Positions 47,010 to 56,984 of a stretch of DNA of 64,000 nucleotides are shown here, piece after piece (the first letter of the stretch is position 1; each line of letters opens with the position of its first letter). The position numbers and the translations under genes are program-made. The stretch comes from an uncultured Prolixibacteraceae bacterium (GTDB lineage Bacteria; Bacteroidota; Bacteroidia; Bacteroidales; FEN-979). Under the pieces are notes generated by a model. That model was not told where the DNA came from and ran no database searches. It saw nothing but the letters and a program-made list of their open reading frames with translations. Location of the stretch: NCBI GenBank assembly GCA_964642545.1, contig CAZXQU010000006.1, positions 1,534-65,533 of the forward strand. The letters run 5' to 3'.

Positions 47010-50000
47010 TCAAACCTCTTCCACTTCAACAATATTACCAAGATAAACCAATAGTTTCCTTACATTCTGATAGCCGATTTCCTGTAAAAGCCGGCCATAT
47101 CTTTCTATCTGTTCATGGTGGGCCCGGGACTTTCTTCCTGTTTTATAGTCGATCACGATCACCTCATCCCCATCGAATACAACCCTGTCGGGGCGTGAGG
47201 CTTCTCCCTGCATCTCCAGGATCTCAGGCTCGTTTTTAATTGTCACAGCAGCTTCAAAACATCTTGCAAGTTTGGGATGTGATACCACTTTATTCAGAAT
47301 CTTCCTGATATGCTTCTCCTCTTCACGTGACACCGCTCCCGAAAGCAAGGCGCGCTTCAATGCCTCTTCAATCTCGGAAGCTTCCCTGATCTCAGCAAGA
47401 ATTGCATGAATCCTGCTTCCAAAATCAACCCGTCCGGATGGATCCTCCATATCCCAGTATTCAGGTGCTCTCTGTCGGATCTTGATTGCGTTGCGCCAAT
47501 CGGATGATGGCATCGTGGATAAGGTGCGGATAACACCCTGTGGCTTGGAGGATGGGCCATGCTTTGGTGAAAACTGACCAAACTCATAAATTCTCTTTCC
47601 CTCCTCCCAAACTCCCGTCGATTGCAGGTATCCAGTAAAAAATGCCGGTAGTGATTTCATCTCATTCGACGATGAGGGGGGTGGAGTGGTTAGAATATAA
47701 AGTTGTTCTTCGGGCCGCGTTAATGCGACATAAAGTACATTCGTGACATCCAGAAGTGATTTTACCAGTTCGTCCTCGTACATGTCAGCATAGCGTGTCT
47801 CCTGCATCTGCTTTTCAACCGGAAGAAAGGCTGTTTTGAGTTTCAAATTTTCCTCTTCAGGAATCTCAATCCAAAGATAATTTTTACCGGGTTTCTTCAA
47901 CGCTTCATCGGCGAAAGGGTATATAACAACCGGAAATTCAAGACCTTTTGCCTTATGTATCGTCATGATCCGAACAGCATTAACGCCATCAGGTACTACA
48001 ATAGAAAGGCCTCCTTTATGCTGTTCCCACCACTCGAGAAAGCCGGCAGCACTGTGTGTCTCTTTCTCCATATACGCTATCACGGCATCTAAAAAAAATT
48101 GAATGTATGGATCAACACTCTTGTTAATTCCAAAGGTACGGATGACTACTTCGCAAAGGTCATAAATGGGTAAGGCCAGTATGAAATCTCTGTCAAGATT
48201 GAAGCCGTTACGTGCCAGAATTGTGAAAAAATGATCTCCGGGATGCTCGACATTACCAATTCCAGTCAAAAGCGCATGAAAATCCTCACTTTCTAGTGGT
48301 AGTCCTCCGGTGTATAAAAGATAATTCACCACGGAAGCCTGGATGATGGTATTAGACGGCTCAAAGAGTAAACGGATCAATCCCAGGATAAACCGCACCT
48401 CGGGAGAGTATGACAACAGAAGTGACTCGGAGGAGACCACATCAATGCCACGAATTATCAGATCCCGTGCAATCCGGCCTGCCTGCCTGTTTGTTCTGCA
48501 TAAAATGGCGACATCCTGCAGTGCGTATCCTCCTTCAAGCAGCTGGCTGATAATATCTTCTGTACGATTGATCGTTTTTTCGGCATATGTAAGGTCACTC
48601 TCATCAGCTGCAATGATCTCTATCCGAACAAATCCTCCCTCCTTTGAGGAGGTAGATTTTTGCTCCAACTCTTTATAAACACGTTGTAATTCTTTGTCAA
48701 GATGCTGAGAGAGCCATCGAAAGAAGTGATTATTAAAATTCACGATCTCAGGCAATGATCTATAGTTGGAATCCAGTTTAAATTCGTTGAAATATTGAAG
48801 AAACAGCGTCTCCCGCTGGCGGATCAACTGACTCTCTTCACGCCCGGGAAGAGCAGGTAAGGAGGTAAACTGAGCCACATCCCCATTCCTCCATCGATAG
48901 ATAGCCTGCTTGCCATCACCAACCACGAGATTGAAGTATCCTCCTGCCAGGGCATTCTCCATGAGCGGAACGAAATTGAGCCACTGCAATCTCGAGGTAT
49001 CCTGAAACTCATCAATCATAACATGGTGGAATTTCTCTCCAAGGCGTTCATAGATGAAAGGTACAGGTTCTCGCATTACGATCCTTGCAATACGGCTGTT
49101 GAACTCAGAGATGTGAACCAGGTTTTGCTGCCGTTTGAAACCATCCAGCACCCGTCCTATCTCATTCAATACGGCAAGAGGATATATGGTTTTTGACAGC
49201 AGTTTTGCAAGGTGATAACTCCCTGATTGGGTCTGCTTTAACACCTCAGCCTGTTGGTACATATCCTGCAACTCCTCTTTAATCGCTTTGATCGCAGTGA
49301 TATCGTCGGTGGTGGCTTTTGAGCTGAACCATTTATCCTCTTCCAGGGTAGCTTTAACACGTACATTCGCCTCAAGCTTATCCATCCTGGCTTGAGCCAG
49401 GTATCCGAAATACCCCGGGATTCCTGTCTTCCCATAATAGAATGAGGTCTCCGAAATTCCTTTTCTGTCAATCAATTGCTGTGCCTTTTCACCCAGTTTC
49501 TTAAATTGCTGTTCAATAGAACGGATTCGCGCAAAGAGCTGCTTACTGATGGCATGAAAATCCTCCATGGTAAGGGAAGCTAATTTTTTCACCTCTACCT
49601 CTCCCTCCTCATCCAGAAGTATCGTTGCAAAAGAGACTAGCAACCGGTCAATATTCCATCCTTTGTCCTCCTCCATTCGTGATTCAAGAAAACTGACCAG
49701 CAGTCTGGTAAGCTCAACATCACTGCCCGCTTGCTCCAGCAGAAGATCCACTGCAGTTGTCAGAAGCTCTTTTGATTCGAGCTCCACGGCAAAGGAGACC
49801 GGTAAACCAAAATCGTGAGCAAAAGCACGGATAATGCGGTGGGAGAAGCTATCGATGGTTCCAATAGAAAATTCCGAATAGTGGTGAAGGATGAGCGACA
49901 GAGCCTCTCCGGCACGTAGCGCAATTTCCTTCCCATCCAACCCAGTCTCATTGATAAGAGCGGTCTGCATCTGGAGAGAGGAACCTGCAAGGTGGAGATT

Positions 50001-50213
50001 GTTGCTGCCAGAAAGGTCGCGCAATGTATTCATCACCCGCTCCTTCATTTCGTTTGCCGCTTTGTGTGTAAAGGTGATTGCCAGGATATGCCTGAAACCA
50101 GGAGGATTTTTCAATACCATCTTCAAGTATTCCCTGACCAGTGAAAATGTTTTTCCTGATCCGGCTGAACTTCGGTAGACGTTGAAACTCACGTGTTGAA
50201 AATCTTCATCCAT
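47010..50213 (-). CDS. UvrD/PcrA-type helicase with C-terminal PD-(D/E)XK nuclease, AddA/RexA-like
   Basis: Walker A SAGSGKTF. Helicase motifs (DEFQDTS, VGDGKQAIYRWR, TIHKAKGLEF). C-terminal nuclease (RPDRVVF..VIDYKTG). Confidence 0.85.
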   Translation of the reverse strand: MDEDFQHVSFNVYRSSAGSGKTFSLVREYLKMVLKNPPGFRHILAITFTHKAANEMKERVMNTLRDLSGSNNLHLAGSSLQMQTALINETGLDGKEIALRAGEALSLILHHYSEFSIGTIDSFSHRIIRAFAHDFGLPVSFAVELESKELLTTAVDLLLEQAGSDVELTRLLVSFLESRMEEDKGWNIDRLLVSFATILLDEEGEVEVKKLASLTMEDFHAISKQLFARIRSIEQQFKKLGEKAQQLIDRKGISETSFYYGKTGIPGYFGYLAQARMDKLEANVRVKATLEEDKWFSSKATTDDITAIKAIKEELQDMYQQAEVLKQTQSGSYHLAKLLSKTIYPLAVLNEIGRVLDGFKRQQNLVHISEFNSRIARIVMREPVPFIYERLGEKFHHVMIDEFQDTSRLQWLNFVPLMENALAGGYFNLVVGDGKQAIYRWRNGDVAQFTSLPALPGREESQLIRQRETLFLQYFNEFKLDSNYRSLPEIVNFNNHFFRWLSQHLDKELQRVYKELEQKSTSSKEGGFVRIEIIAADESDLTYAEKTINRTEDIISQLLEGGYALQDVAILCRTNRQAGRIARDLIIRGIDVVSSESLLLSYSPEVRFILGLIRLLFEPSNTIIQASVVNYLLYTGGLPLESEDFHALLTGIGNVEHPGDHFFTILARNGFNLDRDFILALPIYDLCEVVIRTFGINKSVDPYIQFFLDAVIAYMEKETHSAAGFLEWWEQHKGGLSIVVPDGVNAVRIMTIHKAKGLEFPVVIYPFADEALKKPGKNYLWIEIPEEENLKLKTAFLPVEKQMQETRYADMYEDELVKSLLDVTNVLYVALTRPEEQLYILTTPPPSSSNEMKSLPAFFTGYLQSTGVWEEGKRIYEFGQFSPKHGPSSKPQGVIRTLSTMPSSDWRNAIKIRQRAPEYWDMEDPSGRVDFGSRIHAILAEIREASEIEEALKRALLSGAVSREEEKHIRKILNKVVSHPKLARCFEAAVTIKNEPEILEMQGEASRPDRVVFDGDEVIVIDYKTGRKSRAHHEQIERYGRLLQEIGYQNVRKLLVYLGNIVEVEEV

Positions 50214-50524
50214 CCATCGACGAAAGAACTACGTGGCCAATGGGTTGAAAAATAAAACATCCCGGGAAACTCAAAACCAAAAGAGGAGGACGAGTCCCAG
50301 CTACCATTTGTATCCACCCGCTGGTTCATTGCCTCCAGCATCGAAAAATCCCATATAAAATTGCTTCCTGTTACAGCGTAATTAACAGGAACGACACTTG
50401 TCATGCTTACCCGAAGTGTATCTCCAGGACCGGGCATGTCAGATTGATCGATAGAGATCTGCGAAAAGAGCACAAGTGGGAGACAAAGCAGGAGACAACG
50501 GAGAGTAAAGATACTGGGTTTCAT
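50189..50524 (-). CDS. Hypothetical small secreted protein (possibly a truncated remnant)
   Basis: Signal peptide (LLLCLPLVLFSQ). 111 aa. Its 3' end overlaps the helicase start by 25 nt. No family recognised. Confidence 0.35.
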   Translation of the reverse strand: MKPSIFTLRCLLLCLPLVLFSQISIDQSDMPGPGDTLRVSMTSVVPVNYAVTGSNFIWDFSMLEAMNQRVDTNGSWDSSSSFGFEFPGMFYFSTHWPRSSFVDGWMKIFNT

Positions 50525-50543
50525 GATTTTCTGGTTTCTGGTA

Positions 50544-50609
50544 GGTTTTTGGTTATTGAGTTATTGGTTTTTGGTTATTGGTTATTGGTTATTGAGTTAT
50601 TGGGATATT
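50544..50609 (+). repeat. Heptamer/octamer array (GGTTTTT GGTTATT GAGTTATT GGTTTTT GGTTATT x3 GAGTTATT GGGATATT)
   Basis: Read directly, just after the tamB stop (50615). On the tamB sense strand it is CA-rich (AATAACC). Confidence 0.9.
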
Positions 50610-50614
50610 GGGCT

Positions 50615-53600
50615 TTATTTGTCAGTTGGAGTTTGTTTCTTGGTGTTTGATTTTTTGATCAGCTCCCTCCACGTGTAGAAATCGCGCTGGTAGGAAATAC
50701 CAACACCTTGTGTGTAAGGAGCGTTATTATTAAGCAGATCGATTGTATTGGTTCGGTTAAACGCCCGGATCCGCCATCGCCTGTTTTTGGTCAGGATGTA
50801 TTCAATATTGATATCGCCAACGATCGTACTAGCCTGGGCGGAAGTTGTATTCTTATAAGATGACATCCCAAAGGTACCATCAATCAGCAATCGGTCATCA
50901 AACAACTGCGTTGATACCGTCATGTCAATGTCCTGACTGGTTGTAGATGATCCTGGGTTATAGTTAACACCAATGTTCAAATTTTGTGTCATTCCCGAAA
51001 GCCAGCTATTGATCTGGTTCGTCACGATAGAAAGAGAAGTGCTACTTACATCCACCGACCCTCCAGCGCCACCTGCAACTGGTTTAAATTGGTTCATTAC
51101 CAGGATGTACAACACCTGTTGTGTCATCTCAGCCGTATTGTTGGTATCTATGGCATTAAACACCAGGTTACGTTCATTTGCCTGGGCATTTGGTAATTCC
51201 AATCCGAACGACATAACCGGATTCATCAGCTTCCCGTTGAGGCGGATGATGCACTCAACAGGAATCCTCCCCTGAACTGATGAGGTCTCTGAGCTAAGTC
51301 CTGTCAAGGGCACTTTTGTTTTATAGATGGCAGATAATGATATCGTTGCATTGGTGGGATCACCTGTCCACGAAATTGAACTCCCCTCTTTGATGGCAAA
51401 CGGTAACCGGATCAGGTTTTTCATCTGGAAGAGAAAAGACCCCTTATAGATATAATAGCTTCCAAAAAGGTTAAAAGGGGTGGTTGGAGTCATTCCCATG
51501 CTGAGATTTCCGGTACCCGTTGCTTTGATATTACCCAGTTGATCCGGGAAGAGCACCTCTACCTGGGCATCGGATTTTACATCAAGGCTTAAAGCCAGTG
51601 TCAGACCCGTTGAAGGATGTATTCGTGACGAACCTTTTACCTCCTCCAAAGAATCCTGAACAGATTGTTTAAAAACAATGTAATCTACCTGTCCTACACC
51701 CTGTGTAAGGCTAATTGGTATGGTTACATGGGTATTATTACCCGTGCTTGCCACTACATCCACAACGATGTTATCCAATGGCCCAGTGATACTCACCTTT
51801 CCGCTTGCTCTGGCATTGCCAAAAAATGTTGAATTCTGTGCATAGGTGTTCTTGAAGGCAGAAAAATCGTCCATGCTGATCGCCAGATTCAGTCGTATGT
51901 CCTTGAAATAATTATGATCGATGGAGCCGTTCAAGTATGCTTTGTTTCCAAGAGAGTCATACAGTACGATATTGTCGAAATCAAACTTGTCAGGTTTAAT
52001 CTGAATGACTTCCGAAAGGGAATAAGGTACATTGAGATAATTGATCTTGAATTCGGTACGCATCAGATTCAATTCTCCTTGCAACGAGGGTTCATTTAAC
52101 GTTCCGGTGATCTTTACCTCCCCGGAAGCCAATCCGGTAAGTTTGGACATGAAGCTTGCAACAAAAGGTTGCAGCATCTTGAGATTTAAATTCTTCAGCT
52201 TCAGGTCGAGATCAAAATGGGCCTCTGGTTTGTTGGTAAAAATACTGCCTTGTAATGAGAATGGGATATTCTGGCCTATATTGCCGGTATATATTATCTC
52301 TGAAAGCACATCAAATTTCCCTTCTGTCTGGTTGTAATTTACCTGAAAAACAGCATCTCCAAGGTGTTGCTTGTTGAAGATGAAATTGTCAAGTTTAAGA
52401 TCTGAATAAATCGAAAGTTCATTGTAAATATCCGTAATCTTCAGACTCCCCGACAAAATGCCGTCAACATCAACATTGGGATTAGACAACAAATAATCAA
52501 GTTGAGAAACATCCACCCCATTGAATTCAAGATCAAGGGTATCCACTTCATGATGGGTAACCCGTCCATTCAAGGAGAGCATTTGATTTCCGCTCGTAAA
52601 GGAGAGATCATGGAATTCCATCAGGGCTGTATCGAGGATCACATAATTTTCTTTTGAAATAGACCAGGAATTTCCGGCTAATTTCAGGTCAAGATCATCC
52701 AATTTAATTTTCACGCTTCCCTCTTCCTGGAATGTGAGAAATCCTTGTAAATAGCTGTAATCCTCCCCTGAATCAGAGCTTACCTTATAGAGGATGCTGT
52801 CATGGCGAATGCTGGAAGTGAGTAAAAGCATGTCAAGTTGAACATATACTGTATCTGTAGGCCTTGACTTATTCATGATCAGCTGGTCACACCCTGTTTG
52901 CAGGGAGAGATCGTCGGTGTGCGCCTCGGCATCGACAAACCAATTCTCCAGATCCATTCCACGAATATGAAGTACGTCGGATCGGCCGGTAAGTGAGAGT
53001 AGTTTCTTATCCTCGTTGTAATTTCCTTCCAGAAATGCTCCCGGGGAAATCTCCAAAAATGGGAGAAAAATGGCTGTGATATCAGCTGTTTTCTTGAACT
53101 CAACACGATAATTCAGCTTCTGTCCTGAATGGTGATATTTTCTGGTTGAGTCGCTCCGCATCTCAAAGCTGGCCATGTATTTCTGGATAAATGTTATTAC
53201 AGAAGGTACCAGCTTACTGAATTCAAACTCACCCGTAAAATCAGCATCAAGAAGATCGGATCTTACCTCATATACTGTCTTTCCAGAAGAGTCAGAAATA
53301 GTCCTTAAAAGCAGGGAATCGATCACTGCGCGGTTCCTTCCTTCCCAATAAGAGATGTCGTGCAAATTTAATGTCCCATCTGCATTATCGATAGTATTTC
53401 CGCTGAAATCAGCCTCAATGAAAGCTGAGAATATCTCGATCGAGTCCCGCTCCAGTAGATGTAAGTTGAAAAGCTGTGCATGAGCAATCCGTGCGTCGAA
53501 ATTAAAGATAGGTAAGGAATCACTAACATTTGCCATTCCGTGGAAAGTGAATTGCAAGTTGGGATCATCCACAGTAACATCTCCGAAGAACTTTTTCCTG

Positions 53601-55051
53601 ATCAGAGAGCCATTGACGGCGATATTTTTATAATTATACCCATTAAGTGCGGCAGAGTCGATATGCCCCTGCATCAGCAGGTCAGCGTTGTCGAATGAAA
53701 TACCCTGTCCATCCAGGTTAGCCCGCAGGGTGACCTTTCCAAAAAGTTCTGTGTCCTCAATCAGTATGCCCAAATTAAACGCGGTGATACTTAGTTCACC
53801 TTTGTAAGCCAGAGGGCCTCCTTTGGTTGGTTGCTTCAACTGAAGGTTTGTTGCTGCGGTTCCGATATCTGTATGAAATTCAGCCCGGGAAATAAAGTCA
53901 TCCATGAAACCCGTAAATTCACCATGGATATTGATTAAGCCAAGATTCGTTATGATTGATGGGATTGGCAAGGTATCAGGATCCCCTGGAATCCTGAATG
54001 AACGTATATCTTGGGCAGTTGACGTAAAATTATTGATTTTCATGTCAACATAAGTGGCCATGACATTGGGCAACCCAACAGCCTTAATATCTCCGTCGAA
54101 GAGGGTATTCTCGCCAAAACCAATTCGTAAGTTATGCGCATTGAACTTACTGACCGTACCTGCGATATCTCCCTCGAGATTGAAACGGTTGGTCATTTTT
54201 TTTACCTCAGGGGCAAAGAATCCGATATCGGTCATGTCAAACTCGGAGGGTTGGATATCAGCCTCAATCCTCACGAGTTTCAGGAAATCTGTAAAAGCGA
54301 CGAAGCCGTTGTACCGGAAAGCAAAATCAAGCTCAAGATTTGAGTTGTCGGTAACCAGTTTCAGCTTCTCCACCTCAATAAACTGGTCACAAACCCTGCA
54401 GTCGCCCTGAAAATCATGCAGATTAATTCCACTTCGTTCCTTTGCCGACAAACTGTTGATTGTCGCACACATTGTGTCACCTTCAATTCTGACGCCAGAG
54501 ATATCGAGGTTGATATTATCCACATCAATATTCGCGTAATCCATCCCTTCAGGTGCTGCAGGCTTGGTTTCATCCTGGTAGTGAAAACGGATTCCTTTCA
54601 GTTCGACATGATTGCAGATAATTGTAAATGGGGTTGTTGGCGCAGTGTCTGGCGGTTTTGGTATCGTGTCTTTGGATGCAAAATAATTGATTATATACTG
54701 AAGATTGAGGATGGAGTCTCCCTGATGCTTCAACAGCTGGAACTCTCCCTCACTGATCATAATCTTTTGCACCATGATATTTCTGCCGGACAGACTGAAC
54801 CAGATTGGCTTGACTCCAAGGATCTGTGCAGCAAATAGGGTTGTATCCAGATTGTCCTTCACCAGGATATCTTCAATGACCAGTCCGTTGTTGAAAGAGA
54901 TGTCGAATTTTCCAATACGAATTTCCGTACCAATTTCTTTTGTAAGATAATCAGCAGCCAGTTTAGCTGAAAGGCTTTGGACCCATGTATCGCGCAATAC
55001 AAGAGTTACAGTCATGATCAGTGAGATCAGGACCGTTAACAGATAGGCCAA
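50615..55051 (-). CDS. tamB: Translocation and assembly module protein TamB
   Basis: 1478 aa, N-terminal TM anchor, long beta-rich body, and a C-terminal DUF490-like end (DINIEYILTKNRRWRIRAFNR). Apparent TTG start. Confidence 0.85.
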   Translation of the reverse strand: MAYLLTVLISLIMTVTLVLRDTWVQSLSAKLAADYLTKEIGTEIRIGKFDISFNNGLVIEDILVKDNLDTTLFAAQILGVKPIWFSLSGRNIMVQKIMISEGEFQLLKHQGDSILNLQYIINYFASKDTIPKPPDTAPTTPFTIICNHVELKGIRFHYQDETKPAAPEGMDYANIDVDNINLDISGVRIEGDTMCATINSLSAKERSGINLHDFQGDCRVCDQFIEVEKLKLVTDNSNLELDFAFRYNGFVAFTDFLKLVRIEADIQPSEFDMTDIGFFAPEVKKMTNRFNLEGDIAGTVSKFNAHNLRIGFGENTLFDGDIKAVGLPNVMATYVDMKINNFTSTAQDIRSFRIPGDPDTLPIPSIITNLGLINIHGEFTGFMDDFISRAEFHTDIGTAATNLQLKQPTKGGPLAYKGELSITAFNLGILIEDTELFGKVTLRANLDGQGISFDNADLLMQGHIDSAALNGYNYKNIAVNGSLIRKKFFGDVTVDDPNLQFTFHGMANVSDSLPIFNFDARIAHAQLFNLHLLERDSIEIFSAFIEADFSGNTIDNADGTLNLHDISYWEGRNRAVIDSLLLRTISDSSGKTVYEVRSDLLDADFTGEFEFSKLVPSVITFIQKYMASFEMRSDSTRKYHHSGQKLNYRVEFKKTADITAIFLPFLEISPGAFLEGNYNEDKKLLSLTGRSDVLHIRGMDLENWFVDAEAHTDDLSLQTGCDQLIMNKSRPTDTVYVQLDMLLLTSSIRHDSILYKVSSDSGEDYSYLQGFLTFQEEGSVKIKLDDLDLKLAGNSWSISKENYVILDTALMEFHDLSFTSGNQMLSLNGRVTHHEVDTLDLEFNGVDVSQLDYLLSNPNVDVDGILSGSLKITDIYNELSIYSDLKLDNFIFNKQHLGDAVFQVNYNQTEGKFDVLSEIIYTGNIGQNIPFSLQGSIFTNKPEAHFDLDLKLKNLNLKMLQPFVASFMSKLTGLASGEVKITGTLNEPSLQGELNLMRTEFKINYLNVPYSLSEVIQIKPDKFDFDNIVLYDSLGNKAYLNGSIDHNYFKDIRLNLAISMDDFSAFKNTYAQNSTFFGNARASGKVSITGPLDNIVVDVVASTGNNTHVTIPISLTQGVGQVDYIVFKQSVQDSLEEVKGSSRIHPSTGLTLALSLDVKSDAQVEVLFPDQLGNIKATGTGNLSMGMTPTTPFNLFGSYYIYKGSFLFQMKNLIRLPFAIKEGSSISWTGDPTNATISLSAIYKTKVPLTGLSSETSSVQGRIPVECIIRLNGKLMNPVMSFGLELPNAQANERNLVFNAIDTNNTAEMTQQVLYILVMNQFKPVAGGAGGSVDVSSTSLSIVTNQINSWLSGMTQNLNIGVNYNPGSSTTSQDIDMTVSTQLFDDRLLIDGTFGMSSYKNTTSAQASTIVGDINIEYILTKNRRWRIRAFNRTNTIDLLNNNAPYTQGVGISYQRDFYTWRELIKKSNTKKQTPTDK

Positions 55052-55074
55052 TATTTTTCCTGCTGTTTTTATCT

Positions 55075-55082
55075 TATTTTTG
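55075..55082 (+). promoter_or_regulatory. Candidate Bacteroidota -7 box (TATTTTTG) for tsaD
   Basis: It fits TAnnTTTG and lies 27 nt upstream of the tsaD ATG. Confidence 0.35.
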
Positions 55083-55108
55083 CTTTTTGCAAACTGATCT
55101 TACTATTT

Positions 55109-56182
55109 ATGTCCCTGCCCTTTATCCTAGGTATTGAATCCTCTTGTGATGACACTTCTGCATCTGTGGTGGAAGGCACCATCGTTCGATCAAATGTGAC
55201 TGCCACCCAGGATATCCACAGGAAATTTGGGGGAGTAGTCCCGGAGCTGGCATCCCGTGCTCATCAGCAAAATATCATACCCGTAATTGAAGCCGCAATC
55301 CAACAAGCAAATATAGATAAAAATCAGCTTGCTGCAGTGGCTTTTACACAGGGTCCGGGGCTACTTGGATCGTTGCTTGTAGGATCATCTTTTGCAAAGA
55401 GTTTTGCCCTCGGAATGGGCATCCCACTCATCGAGATTGACCATATGCAAGCCCATATCCTGGCACACTTTCTGGAAGATCTTGAAAAGCCACGCCCCAT
55501 CCCAGAATTTCCTTTCCTCTGCCTGACTGTCTCAGGTGGACATACACAGATCGTCCTGGTTAAGGACTACTTCGAAATGGAGGTTTTAGGGCAAACGATT
55601 GATGATGCGGCCGGGGAGGCGTTTGATAAAACCGCCAAGATCCTTGGGCTTCCTTATCCAGGAGGGCCAGTTATTGATAAACTTGCAGCTAAAGGTTATC
55701 CCTCCCGTTTTTCATTCGCCCGTCCCAATATCCCGGGCCTTGATTACAGCTTCAGTGGTCTCAAAACTTCAATTCTCTATTTCATTCGGGATGAGCTGAG
55801 AAAGGATCCAGAATTTATTGAGAAAAACAGGAATGACCTTTGCGCTTCGATCCAGACAACGATTGTAGAGATCTTAATGTCGAAGTTAAAGTTGGCAGTT
55901 CAAGCGATACGCGATACACGATACGCGATATACAATGACCAGATGCCTGATCCCGGATCACAAACCATTGATGTTGCAATCGCCGGCGGGGTTTCGGCCA
56001 ACTCGGCTCTGCGTAAAGCGCTTCTGGAGGCAGCGGCTTCGGAGGGTTGGCGTGCCTTTATCCCTCCATTTGAATATACAACCGATAATGCCGCAATGAT
56101 TGCTGTAGCTGGGTATTTCAAGTTTATTAAGGGTGAATTTGCCCTTCAATCAACAACATCTTATGCAAGGAGCAGATGGTGA
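55109..56182 (+). CDS. tsaD: tRNA N6-adenosine threonylcarbamoyltransferase TsaD
   Basis: ILGIESSCDDT, GGVVPELASRAH, SGGHTQ, DDAAGEAFDKTAKILGLPYPGGP, AGGVSAN and TDNAAMIA motifs. It is about 19 aa longer than typical because of a repeat insertion. Confidence 0.95.
   Translation: MSLPFILGIESSCDDTSASVVEGTIVRSNVTATQDIHRKFGGVVPELASRAHQQNIIPVIEAAIQQANIDKNQLAAVAFTQGPGLLGSLLVGSSFAKSFALGMGIPLIEIDHMQAHILAHFLEDLEKPRPIPEFPFLCLTVSGGHTQIVLVKDYFEMEVLGQTIDDAAGEAFDKTAKILGLPYPGGPVIDKLAAKGYPSRFSFARPNIPGLDYSFSGLKTSILYFIRDELRKDPEFIEKNRNDLCASIQTTIVEILMSKLKLAVQAIRDTRYAIYNDQMPDPGSQTIDVAIAGGVSANSALRKALLEAAASEGWRAFIPPFEYTTDNAAMIAVAGYFKFIKGEFALQSTTSYARSRW
55906..55962 (+). repeat. Intragenic in-frame GAT-heptamer element (GATACGC GATACAC GATACGC GATATAC AATGACCA GATGCCT GATCCCG GATCACA)
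   Basis: 57 nt. It encodes IRDTRYAIYNDQMPDPGSQ immediately before the conserved AIAGGVSAN strand of TsaD. Confidence 0.9.
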
Positions 56183-56232
56183 GAACGAAGGACGAGGGAA
56201 GAGGGAATAGGGAATAGGGAGTAAGGAAGTTA
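56183..56232 (+). repeat. Heptamer array (AACGAAG GACGAGG GAAGAGG GAATAGG GAATAGG GAGTAAG GAAGTTAG)
   Basis: It starts directly after the tsaD TGA stop. It contains four GGG tracts with 4-nt loops (56195-56218). Confidence 0.9.
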
Positions 56233-56285
56233 GAAAATTATCATATCAAAAATTAGTTTATCTTTGATGTAATAAAATATCCTTT

Positions 56286-56972
56286 ATGAGAAATCGCATC
56301 TTCACATCCATTCTTTTCTTAGCCGGTATCATGCTGGCAATGACGGGCTGTAAGAAAGATCAATCCCTGGATCAGAATATTCCCACTGACGAACAAATCA
56401 CGATCCTGATTGATCAATCGTGGAACAGGATGGCATCAGAAGGACTTTTCCCTGAAAATCCTTCTCTTGGAATCGAGATGCTGAACGAGGGAATTGCCCC
56501 TGATTTCCTGCTGGATGAAACCTATTTTGAGGATGCCCCACCAGCAACTGAGACAAATCATGCCAACTGGTATTCCATCCGGGATCATTCGTTCATCCAA
56601 TGCCTGCGTGGCATCCAGCTCTCTGAAGAGCAAACTGCAGGAGTTCGTCATAATATCAGAGAGTATGCATCATGTAAAGAAGATGCGCTTCAGCGAGCCC
56701 GTAGCATTTACCGCGAACTTAGAGCTGAGTATCATCAACGTTTTCAGAGGTTAGTCAATGCGTACAGGAATGGCACGCTTACCGAAAGGGAATTCCATCA
56801 GAAAGTAGCCGAACTCAGGAGTGATTTCCGCAATGAGCTACGTCAGTTACATCTTCGCGAAAGTTTGGACGACGCTTTCAAAAATTGTCTTCGAGTATGT
56901 ATGCGTGAACTTCATGGAATACTGACCGAGAGGCACTGGAATGCGTTTGTGGAATGCTATCGGGGTTTGTAA
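56286..56972 (+). CDS. Hypothetical lipoprotein
   Basis: Lipobox LAMTGCKKD. Helical, charged C-terminal half. No family recognised. Confidence 0.6.
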   Translation: MRNRIFTSILFLAGIMLAMTGCKKDQSLDQNIPTDEQITILIDQSWNRMASEGLFPENPSLGIEMLNEGIAPDFLLDETYFEDAPPATETNHANWYSIRDHSFIQCLRGIQLSEEQTAGVRHNIREYASCKEDALQRARSIYRELRAEYHQRFQRLVNAYRNGTLTEREFHQKVAELRSDFRNELRQLHLRESLDDAFKNCLRVCMRELHGILTERHWNAFVECYRGL

Positions 56973-56984
56973 ACCATAATTCTC

